Shown here: positions 1 to 9,205 of the stretch, in pieces
Layout: each line of letters begins with the position of its first letter
Numbering within the stretch: position 1 is the first letter of the stretch
Assembly: GCA_027371535.1 (NCBI GenBank)
Contig: DAHXMV010000001.1
Span: 172,825 to 236,824, forward strand
Origin: Candidatus Amesbacteria bacterium
Lineage (GTDB): Bacteria; Patescibacteriota; Microgenomatia; CAZETR01; Amesbacteraceae
Length of the DNA: 64,000 nucleotides
Reading direction: 5' to 3'
Made by a program: the position numbers and the translations under genes
The notes under the pieces: generated by a model
Seen by the model: the letters and a program-made list of their open reading frames with translations, nothing else
Told to the model about the DNA's origin: nothing
Database searches by the model: none

Positions 1-148
1 CAGACCGGCTGACAACGGAAACAGAATTTTTCGGAATGGCAGAAAATGATAAATTGTCGGGATTAAATCTGATGTAAATCTCATAGACCACCCCGATCAG
101 ACTAAAAACAGCAATACCCAGAAGGATGAGGGATAACTTATTTAACAC
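1..148 (-). CDS. 5' part of a membrane-anchored protein, probably a sortase (runs off the window edge)
   Basis: Manual translation from GTG at 148 gives MLNKLSLILLGIAVFSLIGVVYEIYIRFNPDNLSFSAIPKNSVSVVSRS, one TM helix. It overlaps the stop of the LPXTG-like gene. Sortase identity is inferred from context only. Confidence 0.45.
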   Translation of the reverse strand, partial: MLNKLSLILLGIAVFSLIGVVYEIYIRFNPDNLSFSAIPKNSVSVVSRS

Positions 149-1019
149 GGCGAGAAGATTTATGGCTGAACCAGGCTAAAAACAGGCTGGCTATAAAAGC
201 AGCTCCCAACAGAGCGATTTGAGCCAAATTACCGGTGCCGGCCAAACCTAACACAGTTGAAGCCCCAAGTACCTGGCCGGTGGTATTACCCTGTGAGGGC
301 ATGCAGCCGTTGACTGCCCGGACCTGGAAATAGTACTGCACCCCGGGTACAAGGTCATTGATTACAAAAGATGTGACATTGCCGGTGTTGGGAACGCCAA
401 AAGTGTACACCCCCGGTTTGGTACCGTAAAATATGGCGTAGTTGGTGACCGGAGAGACCGCAGTCCAGGTTAGCTGGGCAGAAGAGCCAGTCCGGGAAAC
501 GGAGACAAGCTGAGGATCGGGCGGCTGGGTGAAATTACATACCGGGGCGGTAGGCGGCCCGGAACATCCGTTACACGGCTGGGGGGCGGGGGTGGGGGTG
601 GGGGTAATCACCGGCTGACTGCAACTGATGGTAGTGTTCTGAGCCATGTACGGAGCGTCCTGCAAACCCCAGGGCAAACCGCTGGGGATATAAATCCAAC
701 CCAAATTTTTCAGGTAATTTATCTGGTCTGAAGTCAGGCTGGATATTTTCCACCAATTGGTCTGAATACCGCTATCACTGTCGGCACAAAAACACTGCAC
801 CAGTTGGGAATCGGAGACGGTGTAAACAATGTCGCTCCCTATATACTGGCCGGAATCTCCCGGAATGCCGTGGACACCGGAACTGTAATTGACAACTACG
901 GTACCGGACGGGCTCTGACAGGAAGGAAAAGCCGGGATATCAATGGCTTTTACAGGATGAGCGGCGGTCAAGAAACCGAATAATACCAGAGGTAATACAA
1001 AGATTGATTTATGTTTCAT
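138..1019 (-). CDS. Secreted fibronectin type III domain protein with a sortase-type C-terminal sorting signal
   Basis: Signal peptide, Cys-rich N-domain, PT-rich linker, FN3 (LTWTAV...YAIFYG...LVPGVQYYFQVRAVN), then LAGTG + TM helix + basic tail KSSRRVK. Confidence 0.8.
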   Translation of the reverse strand: MKHKSIFVLPLVLFGFLTAAHPVKAIDIPAFPSCQSPSGTVVVNYSSGVHGIPGDSGQYIGSDIVYTVSDSQLVQCFCADSDSGIQTNWWKISSLTSDQINYLKNLGWIYIPSGLPWGLQDAPYMAQNTTISCSQPVITPTPTPAPQPCNGCSGPPTAPVCNFTQPPDPQLVSVSRTGSSAQLTWTAVSPVTNYAIFYGTKPGVYTFGVPNTGNVTSFVINDLVPGVQYYFQVRAVNGCMPSQGNTTGQVLGASTVLGLAGTGNLAQIALLGAAFIASLFLAWFSHKSSRRVK

Positions 1020-1061
1020 TTTGGAGGGCGGGAGAGACAGAAAGGCAGTTGAACAGGCTTT

Positions 1062-1090
1062 ATTATAAGCTTATTAAGCCTATAATGCAA
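1062..1090 (-). promoter_or_regulatory. Sigma70 promoter TTGCAT-17bp-TATAAT overlapped by a 25-bp dyad
   Basis: Minus-strand -35 at 1090-1085 and -10 at 1067-1062. Dyad ATTATAAGCTTATTAAGCCTATAAT at 1062-1086. Confidence 0.6.
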
Positions 1091-1102
1091 GCAGGAAGGT
1101 TT

Positions 1103-2362
1103 TTATCCGAATAAATGAACAAAAAATGCCCTGATTCTATAAAAAATATCCGGATGTTTTGGCGATATTGTAGCTGAAATTACCCCGACTGCGGGTTTGG
1201 CCATAACAGAAACCGGCTTGTACACACCCTTTGGATCAGTAACTAATATTCCCCGGGTATTAACGTCCAGATTTAAATAAGGCAGGGTGACATTTCCGGT
1301 TTTATCTATGAGGTACGACCGGCCCAGCCAGACAGCCGTCAACCCCGGAACCGGCCGGCCCAGATCGTTTTTGACCCGTAACTTTATGTCCCGGGAAGGA
1401 GAATAGAAGCTTTTTAAAACGCCGGCTGCCGGACGGGCCTGACCTGATGTATCCCATAGCTGGGTACTGCCCCCGACACCAACCCAGTAGTTCAATCCCA
1501 AAATTTCCGGGCGGTGCGAAGCCAATACCTGTAAAACCCCATTCAGCCATTCAGCCTGCTGATTTTCAGTCTGATCGCCGGTAACGTCAGGAACGGGAGA
1601 GCCAAACTCACCGACGACAATCCTGCCGCCTGACGACCGGGCTAAATTTTCGATATCCCGGGCATAATCATCAGGGGTGCTGACATAATGATCAATGGTC
1701 ACCACACCATCCAAGCCGGCAGTAGTGGCCGGATCCATAATTAATCTGGCCACGTCGGCGTTCATAGAGGCAAAATTCGAACGGACATTTTTGCGGATTG
1801 AGGCGAAGGCGGCTTTTGTCATCTGATATTCGCTGATTAAAAACTGCCTGAAACCTGCGACATCTCCGGTGTTTCTGGGATCACCGGGTCCCCCATTTTC
1901 ACATTCGGGGCAGGGGGTAAAAATATCGCCGTCAGCAAACAAGCCAGGATTATCCAAAATAAAGGCTTTGGTTTTATCCAGATGTGACTGCCTGGTCATA
2001 GGCGGATAGCCGAACCAGCCTTCCCAACCCGACCAGTTACCCCTAAACCAAACATTCAGACCATGGCTTCTGGCAGCCAAAACCCAGAGTTTCAAGTATG
2101 GCAGAAATTCGGGGTCATAAGGAGTAGCCACAGCCACATGCGTAGCTCCGGCAGAAGCAATTTCGGTGACATGCTCCTGAATAATTCTGACAAAAGCCGG
2201 ATCGTTTAAACCCTGTCCGGCGGCATCGCGGGAGTATTTCATCGTATCCACGGACTGGATTTCCCACCAGGAATTATTTCCGGCGGCCAATACTATCCGG
2301 GGGGAAGAACCAAATAATACCAGAGTCAGGATAAATGAAATAATTAACATCGGAAATTTCAT
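1103..2362 (-). CDS. Secreted glycoside hydrolase-like (TIM barrel, clan GH-A-like) protein
   Basis: Signal peptide; CPECEN, TIDHY, IVVGEFG and GLNYW motifs; located in the glycan locus. Confidence 0.6.
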   Translation of the reverse strand: MKFPMLIISFILTLVLFGSSPRIVLAAGNNSWWEIQSVDTMKYSRDAAGQGLNDPAFVRIIQEHVTEIASAGATHVAVATPYDPEFLPYLKLWVLAARSHGLNVWFRGNWSGWEGWFGYPPMTRQSHLDKTKAFILDNPGLFADGDIFTPCPECENGGPGDPRNTGDVAGFRQFLISEYQMTKAAFASIRKNVRSNFASMNADVARLIMDPATTAGLDGVVTIDHYVSTPDDYARDIENLARSSGGRIVVGEFGSPVPDVTGDQTENQQAEWLNGVLQVLASHRPEILGLNYWVGVGGSTQLWDTSGQARPAAGVLKSFYSPSRDIKLRVKNDLGRPVPGLTAVWLGRSYLIDKTGNVTLPYLNLDVNTRGILVTDPKGVYKPVSVMAKPAVGVISATISPKHPDIFYRIRAFFVHLFG

Positions 2363-2370
2363 AATTTTGA

Positions 2371-3288
2371 TTAAACTATAGCTTTAATCAACTTTCCGGC
2401 CGCATATTGATAAGCACCGGCCAATTCCGGCCGGCCGGTTAAAAAATAATAAAATGATCTGATCTGCATCCCAAAGATTAAAAAACCGTTAACCAGGCCG
2501 GCGGTATTCCGGTAATGGCGGCGATGAAAATGAAGCAGGCCGTCAAGATTTCGGGTCAGCAAATCCCGGGGGGATAATTTTTTGGTGGTGAAACCGCGCA
2601 GATGAACCACACGCAGGTGCCGGTTGTAGCAAATATTCAGACCGGCGGCCCGGATTCTGTGGCACCATTCCACATCTTCCATAAATAAAAACAACCCCGG
2701 GTCAAAACCACCGGTTTTCTGATAGACCTGTCTTTTTATCAGAAAAAAACTGGTAGAAAACCACTCCAGTCCGGTAACCCAGTGCCGCGGGTAGATCGGC
2801 CGGATAAGGTTTCTGGCCAACGGCAGATTTTCCAAACCCAGAGTCCATAAGACCGTCCTTGGCGGCGTTGGCAAAAAACCCCAGCTGGTCTGAGGGGAAC
2901 CGTCCGGATTTTCCAGTTTCAGACACAGGACATCACAATCCCGATTTTGACTTATGTACTTCAGGGAATTTAAAAGGGTATCTGACTTTACAAATACATC
3001 GGAGTTCAGCAGCAATATGTACGGAGTCCGGGCTCTCTTTAAGGCCAGATTATTACCCCGGGAATAACCGAGATTAGTTTTTTGAGCCAGGATTTTAACC
3101 TGAGGAAACCGGGTTCTGATTAAAGCAACCGTGCCATCAGAGGAATGATTGTCGATAACCAAAACCTGAATCCGGTTACCTAAAGCCCGGCGGCAAACCC
3201 GGACGGATTTTTCCAAATAAGAGAGATACCGGGAGGTAACTGCCCGGGTATTATAAGAAAGGATAATCACAGTTAAATCTGCCGCCAT
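2371..3288 (-). CDS. Glycosyltransferase family 2 (WbbL/rhamnosyltransferase-like)
   Basis: IILSYN, VIDNHSSDGT, NLGYSRGNN, LLLNSD, GGFD...FMEDVEWC motifs. Confidence 0.9.
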   Translation of the reverse strand: MAADLTVIILSYNTRAVTSRYLSYLEKSVRVCRRALGNRIQVLVIDNHSSDGTVALIRTRFPQVKILAQKTNLGYSRGNNLALKRARTPYILLLNSDVFVKSDTLLNSLKYISQNRDCDVLCLKLENPDGSPQTSWGFLPTPPRTVLWTLGLENLPLARNLIRPIYPRHWVTGLEWFSTSFFLIKRQVYQKTGGFDPGLFLFMEDVEWCHRIRAAGLNICYNRHLRVVHLRGFTTKKLSPRDLLTRNLDGLLHFHRRHYRNTAGLVNGFLIFGMQIRSFYYFLTGRPELAGAYQYAAGKLIKAIV

Positions 3289-3290
3289 AA

Positions 3291-4916
3291 TTATTTCTGA
3301 TGAGTAAAAACGGGTTTGGTCTCTAACTGGTTTAAATATTCAGGTTTAAGTTCGTAAATGTCTGCAAAGGGATAGGATTCAACCTTGTTATAACGGGTAA
3401 AACCTTTTGTCCGGCTGACCAGTTTCCAGGTGAGATCGGAGTCGTCGTAGGTGCGCATAATAATCCATCTGGCCCAGCGGTCCGGAATATTTGTGGCAGA
3501 TTCCCAATATAAACCGGTACCCTCATGTATAAAGCGGGACATAGGCAGACCGGAAGAAAAAATTATGGCGTCATGGGAAGCCGCAGATATGAGAATAAAA
3601 CCCGGCTCGTTAGCGGCGTAAGTCTTTAACCAATTCGCCACCTGGGAGACATTTTTCTGACTGCTGCCAACCCGGGCATCATCAATGGTAACAGCGTCAC
3701 CGTTAATAAAAGCAAAAGCCAATACAAATAAAGTCAGACCTACCAAAATCAGACGGAATGATCCGGCTTTATCGATTAAAAAACCCGTAAAAACAGCAAT
3801 CGTGGGGACGAGCATCATGCCATAACGGACATTAAACCAGGTATTTCCGGACAAACCCTGAACGAAAAGAACCGAGTGGCCAAGATACAAAGCCAGAATA
3901 TTGAAAAATAAAGGCGATAAAAGGGCAATAGTGGAAAATCTGACGCCTGAAGAAATCCGGCGGTTGATCCAAAGCGTGACAGCCCCGATCAAACCTAAAA
4001 TCGCCGGAAATGTATAAGTGTTATATAAGAGGGCGTACAGATAAATTTTGGCGGATAAGTACCAATTGTTTTGCGTGAAAAGCACTCCGGCTTTGGCTAA
4101 CTGTTCCTGCTGGGTATGTGCAGAATAGGGTCCGAAAGCAAAATATAACCAGTCTTTAAAAATCAGTTGATTCCAAAACAACCAGATAAGAATTCCCAGG
4201 GCGCCAAGGGTCACAAACAGGAGGACGGAACCCTCGGCGACCTGATAACCCCTTTTTCGGAAACTATGTAAAAACACCAAACCGGTGGCAATTAACAGGA
4301 GAAACCAGCCGTCATAGCGGATGAGGGTGGAGGCCATAATAAAAAAGGCTGACTTGACAAGGTTTAGGACATTGGCATCGTCATGCCATAAAGTCAGATA
4401 GTAACAACCGGCGGTCATGGTGGCTAAAAGCAGCAGTTCGGTCATGGCAGTGGACTGTAAATAAAGCACGTTGAGATTGGCAGAGAAAATCAACACGCCC
4501 ACCAGACGCCCAAGAATTCCGACCTGCAGTTTCTCCAGATATTTGTAAATTAATATTCCGGTGGCAACGAAGGCGATCATTGACTGCAAGGCTCCGGCCA
4601 ATCCGGTATGCCACATAAAATCACTCCAAATAGTCGGTACCATCAAAAGGTGGGTCAGCGGCAGCCAAACGGAACCCAACTGGGCAATCCCGGGTTTTAA
4701 ACCTTCAACTACCCGCCGGCCGATATCCAGATGCGACCGGGCGTCGTTATAAGCCAAAGCCAGACCGTCATTTAAAAAATGCCAATAATAAAGAATGGAA
4801 ACCAGGGATAAACCCAGCATTAAAATTACCAACAGATTTTTACTCAGAAAATCCCGGAAGGTTCTTAACCTTCCGGCCGGGAAATTAAATTTGAGAGAAA
4901 AAGTTTCAGGTGTCAT
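3291..4916 (-). CDS. GT-C fold membrane glycosyltransferase (family 39/ArnT/PMT-like)
   Basis: Multiple TM helices; YNDARSHL loop, WLPL, AMTE, RYDGW, NVRYG. Confidence 0.75.
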   Translation of the reverse strand: MTPETFSLKFNFPAGRLRTFRDFLSKNLLVILMLGLSLVSILYYWHFLNDGLALAYNDARSHLDIGRRVVEGLKPGIAQLGSVWLPLTHLLMVPTIWSDFMWHTGLAGALQSMIAFVATGILIYKYLEKLQVGILGRLVGVLIFSANLNVLYLQSTAMTELLLLATMTAGCYYLTLWHDDANVLNLVKSAFFIMASTLIRYDGWFLLLIATGLVFLHSFRKRGYQVAEGSVLLFVTLGALGILIWLFWNQLIFKDWLYFAFGPYSAHTQQEQLAKAGVLFTQNNWYLSAKIYLYALLYNTYTFPAILGLIGAVTLWINRRISSGVRFSTIALLSPLFFNILALYLGHSVLFVQGLSGNTWFNVRYGMMLVPTIAVFTGFLIDKAGSFRLILVGLTLFVLAFAFINGDAVTIDDARVGSSQKNVSQVANWLKTYAANEPGFILISAASHDAIIFSSGLPMSRFIHEGTGLYWESATNIPDRWARWIIMRTYDDSDLTWKLVSRTKGFTRYNKVESYPFADIYELKPEYLNQLETKPVFTHQK

Positions 4917-6411
4917 ATTTTAAGTAATCCAGAACATAAAAGGCGGTCAAAAACAGATACAAACCGACGACTAAGAGCAGCTGATAAATAACCGGGCTAA
5001 ACCACCCGGAAAATAAGAGATGATAAACCAGAGAGCTGGTGAAATGGTTTTGCAGCAGCTGAAGATTATACTGATAGGTGTAAGGGATGTGTGTAGACAA
5101 GGCAATTGCTTCCACTTTGGGAGGAACAGCACCGGTAGTTAGAACCCCCAAAGTATTTATATAGATGCTATAAATAAGTAAAACAAAGAAAAGACCGGCA
5201 AATAAAAGCTTTTTTTGATATTTTTTAAGCGCCGGACCGACACCTATACAAGCCGCAGCAGTGGCCGGAATCAGGTAACGGGGACCGAAAGACCAACCCC
5301 CCCATGGATCACCGAACATGGCATAAGAAATAAAATCCACCAAAATAACTGAAAACAGCAGCAGAGAAATATTTTTTAATCGGGGATGCTTTAAAACCAG
5401 CGCGAGGCCTAAAACACCGACTGCCAGTATCGGGCTGTAATAAAACCAACCCCTTTCATTACTAAAAACCAGGATATATACCCCATTAATCAGAGAACGG
5501 GAATTGTAAGCAAAACCGCCCCTTTTTTCAGAGATGGTGACTTCCTGAACCAGCTGGGGATCCAGTGATTTGGTCCGGCCATATATCTGGGCGGGAATCA
5601 GCGGTTGGCCGGTAGTCTGAAAATTGTACCAACAATAAACACCAAATAAGGGTATAAAACCTAAGAACAAGGCCAGAAGCCGAAGATTAATTTTGAATTG
5701 ATAACTGTCGTCCATCTGTATCAGAGAAAAATGTCTGAATAAAACGAATAATTCAATGGGTAATAGCATTAACAGATTCGGAATATCGATTAATAGCCCC
5801 GCACCCAAAAGCAGTCCGATAAAGATATCGTTTTTAACGGATACAGGTTTAGCGGCGAAAAATAAAGTCCCCAAAATTACGGATACGGCGTAGTGATGCT
5901 GAGTGAAAGTCTGTGAATAAGCCAACGCATCAGTGGCAAATAAAAATACCAGACCGGCAATGACCGATCCGATACGGGAAGCCCCGAGTTTCCCAGACAG
6001 GGAATATATCAAATAAACATTCAAGATGGCGAAAACAGCAGTCGTTAAGTAGGTAAACAACTGCGGAGCGCGAAGCAGATTCCCCAGCAAATACATGGGC
6101 ACACCTAAAAAGGAAACCCCGGGAGTAAAAATAGAATAATACTTCCCATTTTTACCCGCCAGATCAGGCAGGGAAAAAGCGGCTTCATCACGATCTAAAA
6201 ATATTCTGTGATCTTCTGCCAGAGCTTCTGTCAGGGCATAACGCGAAGTACTGTTGCTGGACTCAAACGGTCCGCCGACAGAAGTATTTTTATCATATTG
6301 AAAAACCAGCCGGTGATTGATTATCTGTCCCTTGACGACCAAGGCCAGAAAGACCAGGACCAGACCTATGGTAATAATGCCCGGCAATAATTTAAGCAAT
6401 TTTTTTATCAT
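4906..6411 (-). CDS. GT-C fold polytopic membrane glycosyltransferase-like protein
   Basis: About 11 TM helices; YYSIFTPGVS, RGWFYYSP, WGGWSFGPRYL. Confidence 0.7.
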   Translation of the reverse strand: MIKKLLKLLPGIITIGLVLVFLALVVKGQIINHRLVFQYDKNTSVGGPFESSNSTSRYALTEALAEDHRIFLDRDEAAFSLPDLAGKNGKYYSIFTPGVSFLGVPMYLLGNLLRAPQLFTYLTTAVFAILNVYLIYSLSGKLGASRIGSVIAGLVFLFATDALAYSQTFTQHHYAVSVILGTLFFAAKPVSVKNDIFIGLLLGAGLLIDIPNLLMLLPIELFVLFRHFSLIQMDDSYQFKINLRLLALFLGFIPLFGVYCWYNFQTTGQPLIPAQIYGRTKSLDPQLVQEVTISEKRGGFAYNSRSLINGVYILVFSNERGWFYYSPILAVGVLGLALVLKHPRLKNISLLLFSVILVDFISYAMFGDPWGGWSFGPRYLIPATAAACIGVGPALKKYQKKLLFAGLFFVLLIYSIYINTLGVLTTGAVPPKVEAIALSTHIPYTYQYNLQLLQNHFTSSLVYHLLFSGWFSPVIYQLLLVVGLYLFLTAFYVLDYLKYDT

Positions 6412-7307
6412 TTGATTTTTTTGGTTGATTTATAGATTTTCCACATCGGGGTATAAGCAGGTGAAAAAGCGGTATAAATTAAAGATAACAAAACCAGAGC
6501 CACATAAGTAACAAAGTAGAGAGGTTGGGATAAAAAGCTGCTCCAAATAATGGAAATGGCTTTGGATATATCCAGCCTCATCGAATAAATAGTCGAGTAT
6601 GAAGTTTCTTTTTGCCTGGCTTTATGAAATTTGGAACTTTGAGCCAGAAAGTCACACAGGTTGTCAACTGATTTATAAATTATAGCTGCGGAGTCGCTTT
6701 TTACCAAAGGCAGACCGGACATGATAGCCCGGCGATAGCAGTATGAATCTTCATGTAAATCTTCCTGCCAGCGAAAATGCTTTAAAAAGTTCCGTGAAAA
6801 TAATCTGGCCCCGGTATATAGGTAAAGATTCGGAGCCGACATGGCAAATTTGAAAATATTTATTCTCAGAGAGAATCCAAAATTGATAATCCGGTTAAAC
6901 CAATTCACGGGCGGAGCCGGATAAGTCTGGCTGACTACCAGACTGAATTTACGGGATGATGGGACCGACCTGACTAAATGATGGATAAAATAGCGATCTT
7001 TCGGCAATGTATCGGCTTCGAGAATCAGCAAATAATCAGTTTTGCCGGGAAGGTGATCCAAAATTTCATTCAGTCTGGCATTTTCTCCCAGACGCCGGCG
7101 ACCGGAAATCAACGTGACTAAAGGATGATGCAAACCGGCAACTTCAGAGTCCGTATTATCATCCGAATGATCAGAGATAACCAAAACCTTAAGCAAGCGA
7201 AAATTATCCTGCTTCTGTGAAAGCAGACTTTTTAACAGCCGGCGGATATTCCCCTCTTCATTGAAGGCGGGTATTCCGATAGTGACAAACGGCAGATTAA
7301 CTGACAT
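6408..7307 (-). CDS. Glycosyltransferase family 2
   Basis: IGIPAFNEEGNI, VISDHSDDNT, EAD, HEDSY; C-terminal TM. Confidence 0.85.
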   Translation of the reverse strand: MSVNLPFVTIGIPAFNEEGNIRRLLKSLLSQKQDNFRLLKVLVISDHSDDNTDSEVAGLHHPLVTLISGRRRLGENARLNEILDHLPGKTDYLLILEADTLPKDRYFIHHLVRSVPSSRKFSLVVSQTYPAPPVNWFNRIINFGFSLRINIFKFAMSAPNLYLYTGARLFSRNFLKHFRWQEDLHEDSYCYRRAIMSGLPLVKSDSAAIIYKSVDNLCDFLAQSSKFHKARQKETSYSTIYSMRLDISKAISIIWSSFLSQPLYFVTYVALVLLSLIYTAFSPAYTPMWKIYKSTKKIK

Positions 7308-8088
7308 AACGATTATTCCTGGACAAATAATATATTTCTTTCATTTGGGGTATATGGCCGTCTTTAAAGATGGCACGGACCTGGCTTTTATATCCTTTGA
7401 TGAGCTTGTTTTTATTTTCGGACCGTACCGGAAATTCATATTTTTTATAATCCGAAAATCTGGAATCCTTGTCGGATGATGTTAATAAGTATGGGAAGTC
7501 AGACCAGAAAATGGTTTTTGGGAAGATGAGTGAGCTGACCTTATGAACGATCACGTGATCCACATGATTACCGTTTCCCAAAGGAGAAAAGACATAATTT
7601 TTCCCCGGACTGATGATTTGGCGCAATCTCCGTCCGATTTTATCCATCAGGCTGTAATCGTTTTCAGAAATTTTGCCCCTGATCACGTGCCAGCGGTAAG
7701 TGGGGTAGATATGAATTAACTCCGGAATCAGAGGCCCAAGCCATTGGCTAACCGGATTTAATTTTTCCTTTTTTCGCCATGAACTGTCAATAAAATCCAG
7801 ATTAATCACCCGGCAGCCGATGGCCCGGAGCGTAGTTTCGTCTTCACTGATCCGGTCCCGGAATAATTTTTGCGGGTCACGGTAACCACACTGACGGAGA
7901 AACTGACGGGCAGATAAAGTGGGGGTATGGCTGTCTACTTTGGTGAACACGTTAATAATGGTCACCGGGACGTGTTTCTTACGTAATCTGTAAATCAGCG
8001 AACCTGCCGACAGGACGGCGTCATCAAGATGCGGAGAAATAAAATAACAGGGAGTTTTAGCAGTGATTAGTTTAAGCAGACGTTCCAT
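7297..8088 (-). CDS. PIG-L/LmbE family deacetylase
   Basis: ISPHLDDAVLS, R..ED, HVDH, YKSQ motifs; start placed at MERLL (8088). Confidence 0.88.
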   Translation of the reverse strand: MERLLKLITAKTPCYFISPHLDDAVLSAGSLIYRLRKKHVPVTIINVFTKVDSHTPTLSARQFLRQCGYRDPQKLFRDRISEDETTLRAIGCRVINLDFIDSSWRKKEKLNPVSQWLGPLIPELIHIYPTYRWHVIRGKISENDYSLMDKIGRRLRQIISPGKNYVFSPLGNGNHVDHVIVHKVSSLIFPKTIFWSDFPYLLTSSDKDSRFSDYKKYEFPVRSENKNKLIKGYKSQVRAIFKDGHIPQMKEIYYLSRNNRYVS

Positions 8089-9205
8089 AATTTTTCTGTA
8101 CGGACGATAAGTAAACAGCATAACTATTTATGATCTGATTCCAGCTGAAATTTTTTGCAAATTTCCTGCCTTTTTGGGCTAAAACTTTCGACTGACGGGG
8201 GTTGTTTAATATATTTTGGATATGACGACTCAATGCGTGGACATCAAAACAGGCGGTTTTCAGACAACAATCAGCCGGCACCCATTTAAGGCCGTCGATA
8301 TCAAAAGTCACCAAAGGTTTTTGATAGGCCAAAACTTCCAAGGCAGCGAAGGAAAATGTTTCAAAACGGGATGGTACTACCACCAAATCAGCCGAAACAA
8401 ACAAAGCAAATTTTTCCCGCCCAGTTACTCTGCCAGGCAGGATTACCCTGTCAGAAAGACCCAGCCTGCCAATCATTAATTTCAGAGCACTGACTTCGGC
8501 AGCCGTACCTGAGCCGGCAATTACCAACCTACCTGAATATCCGGGCAACAGCAGTGAATACGCCCGAAGCAATAAATCCAAACCTTTCTGATTTATTTCA
8601 ATCCGACCGATAAATAAAATATAGTTACCGGAAACCGGCTTTTTAGGTAACACCGGGATATCTATACCGTTGGGAATTACTTGAATCTTGGATCCGGGGG
8701 TTTTGGAGTGTACTAACTGACGGATCTGATCACTAGTGACGTGAATATAAGAATAGGTTTTAAGGCCTAAATTTTCGGCCAGTTTAAACGGCAGATGGTA
8801 CTTGCGCTGCATATCTTCACCAGCCAACATATGGACGCTGCCGATAACCGGTTTATTGGTAAAAAGTGGCAGACAGGTAGTAGAAAACGGAGGGGTAAAA
8901 CTTTCCAACCAGATATCGAAGGGTAATCTGAAAATCAGGCTTATAAGTGACAACTGGTAGGCTAACTGACCCAGTTTAGGACCAAAATTACCGCTACCTA
9001 CATATCGATATTCAACCCCATCGATTCTTTCATTCAGACAGCCGGGATATTTACCGGCCATAACCAGCACCCGGAAACCCATTTTCTGCAAACCGGTGGC
9101 AATTTTGAGAACAGCAAAAGCCCCGCCTCCGGCATAGTACGGGTTTTTCGGGCTATCATAATTACTGATAACCAGGCGGGTTTGATGATCAGTCTGCGGG
9201 TGCAT
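8072..9205 (-). CDS. Glycosyltransferase family 4
   Basis: YAGGG, IPNGID, FIGRIEINQKGLD, PSRFETFSFAALE; start placed at 9205. Confidence 0.9.
   Translation of the reverse strand: MHPQTDHQTRLVISNYDSPKNPYYAGGGAFAVLKIATGLQKMGFRVLVMAGKYPGCLNERIDGVEYRYVGSGNFGPKLGQLAYQLSLISLIFRLPFDIWLESFTPPFSTTCLPLFTNKPVIGSVHMLAGEDMQRKYHLPFKLAENLGLKTYSYIHVTSDQIRQLVHSKTPGSKIQVIPNGIDIPVLPKKPVSGNYILFIGRIEINQKGLDLLLRAYSLLLPGYSGRLVIAGSGTAAEVSALKLMIGRLGLSDRVILPGRVTGREKFALFVSADLVVVPSRFETFSFAALEVLAYQKPLVTFDIDGLKWVPADCCLKTACFDVHALSRHIQNILNNPRQSKVLAQKGRKFAKNFSWNQIINSYAVYLSSVQKNYGTSA

Noticed and set aside
580-610. GGGGTG tandem repeats here and at about 14540-14670
   Set aside because: These are the codons of Pro-Thr linkers, not independent repeat elements.
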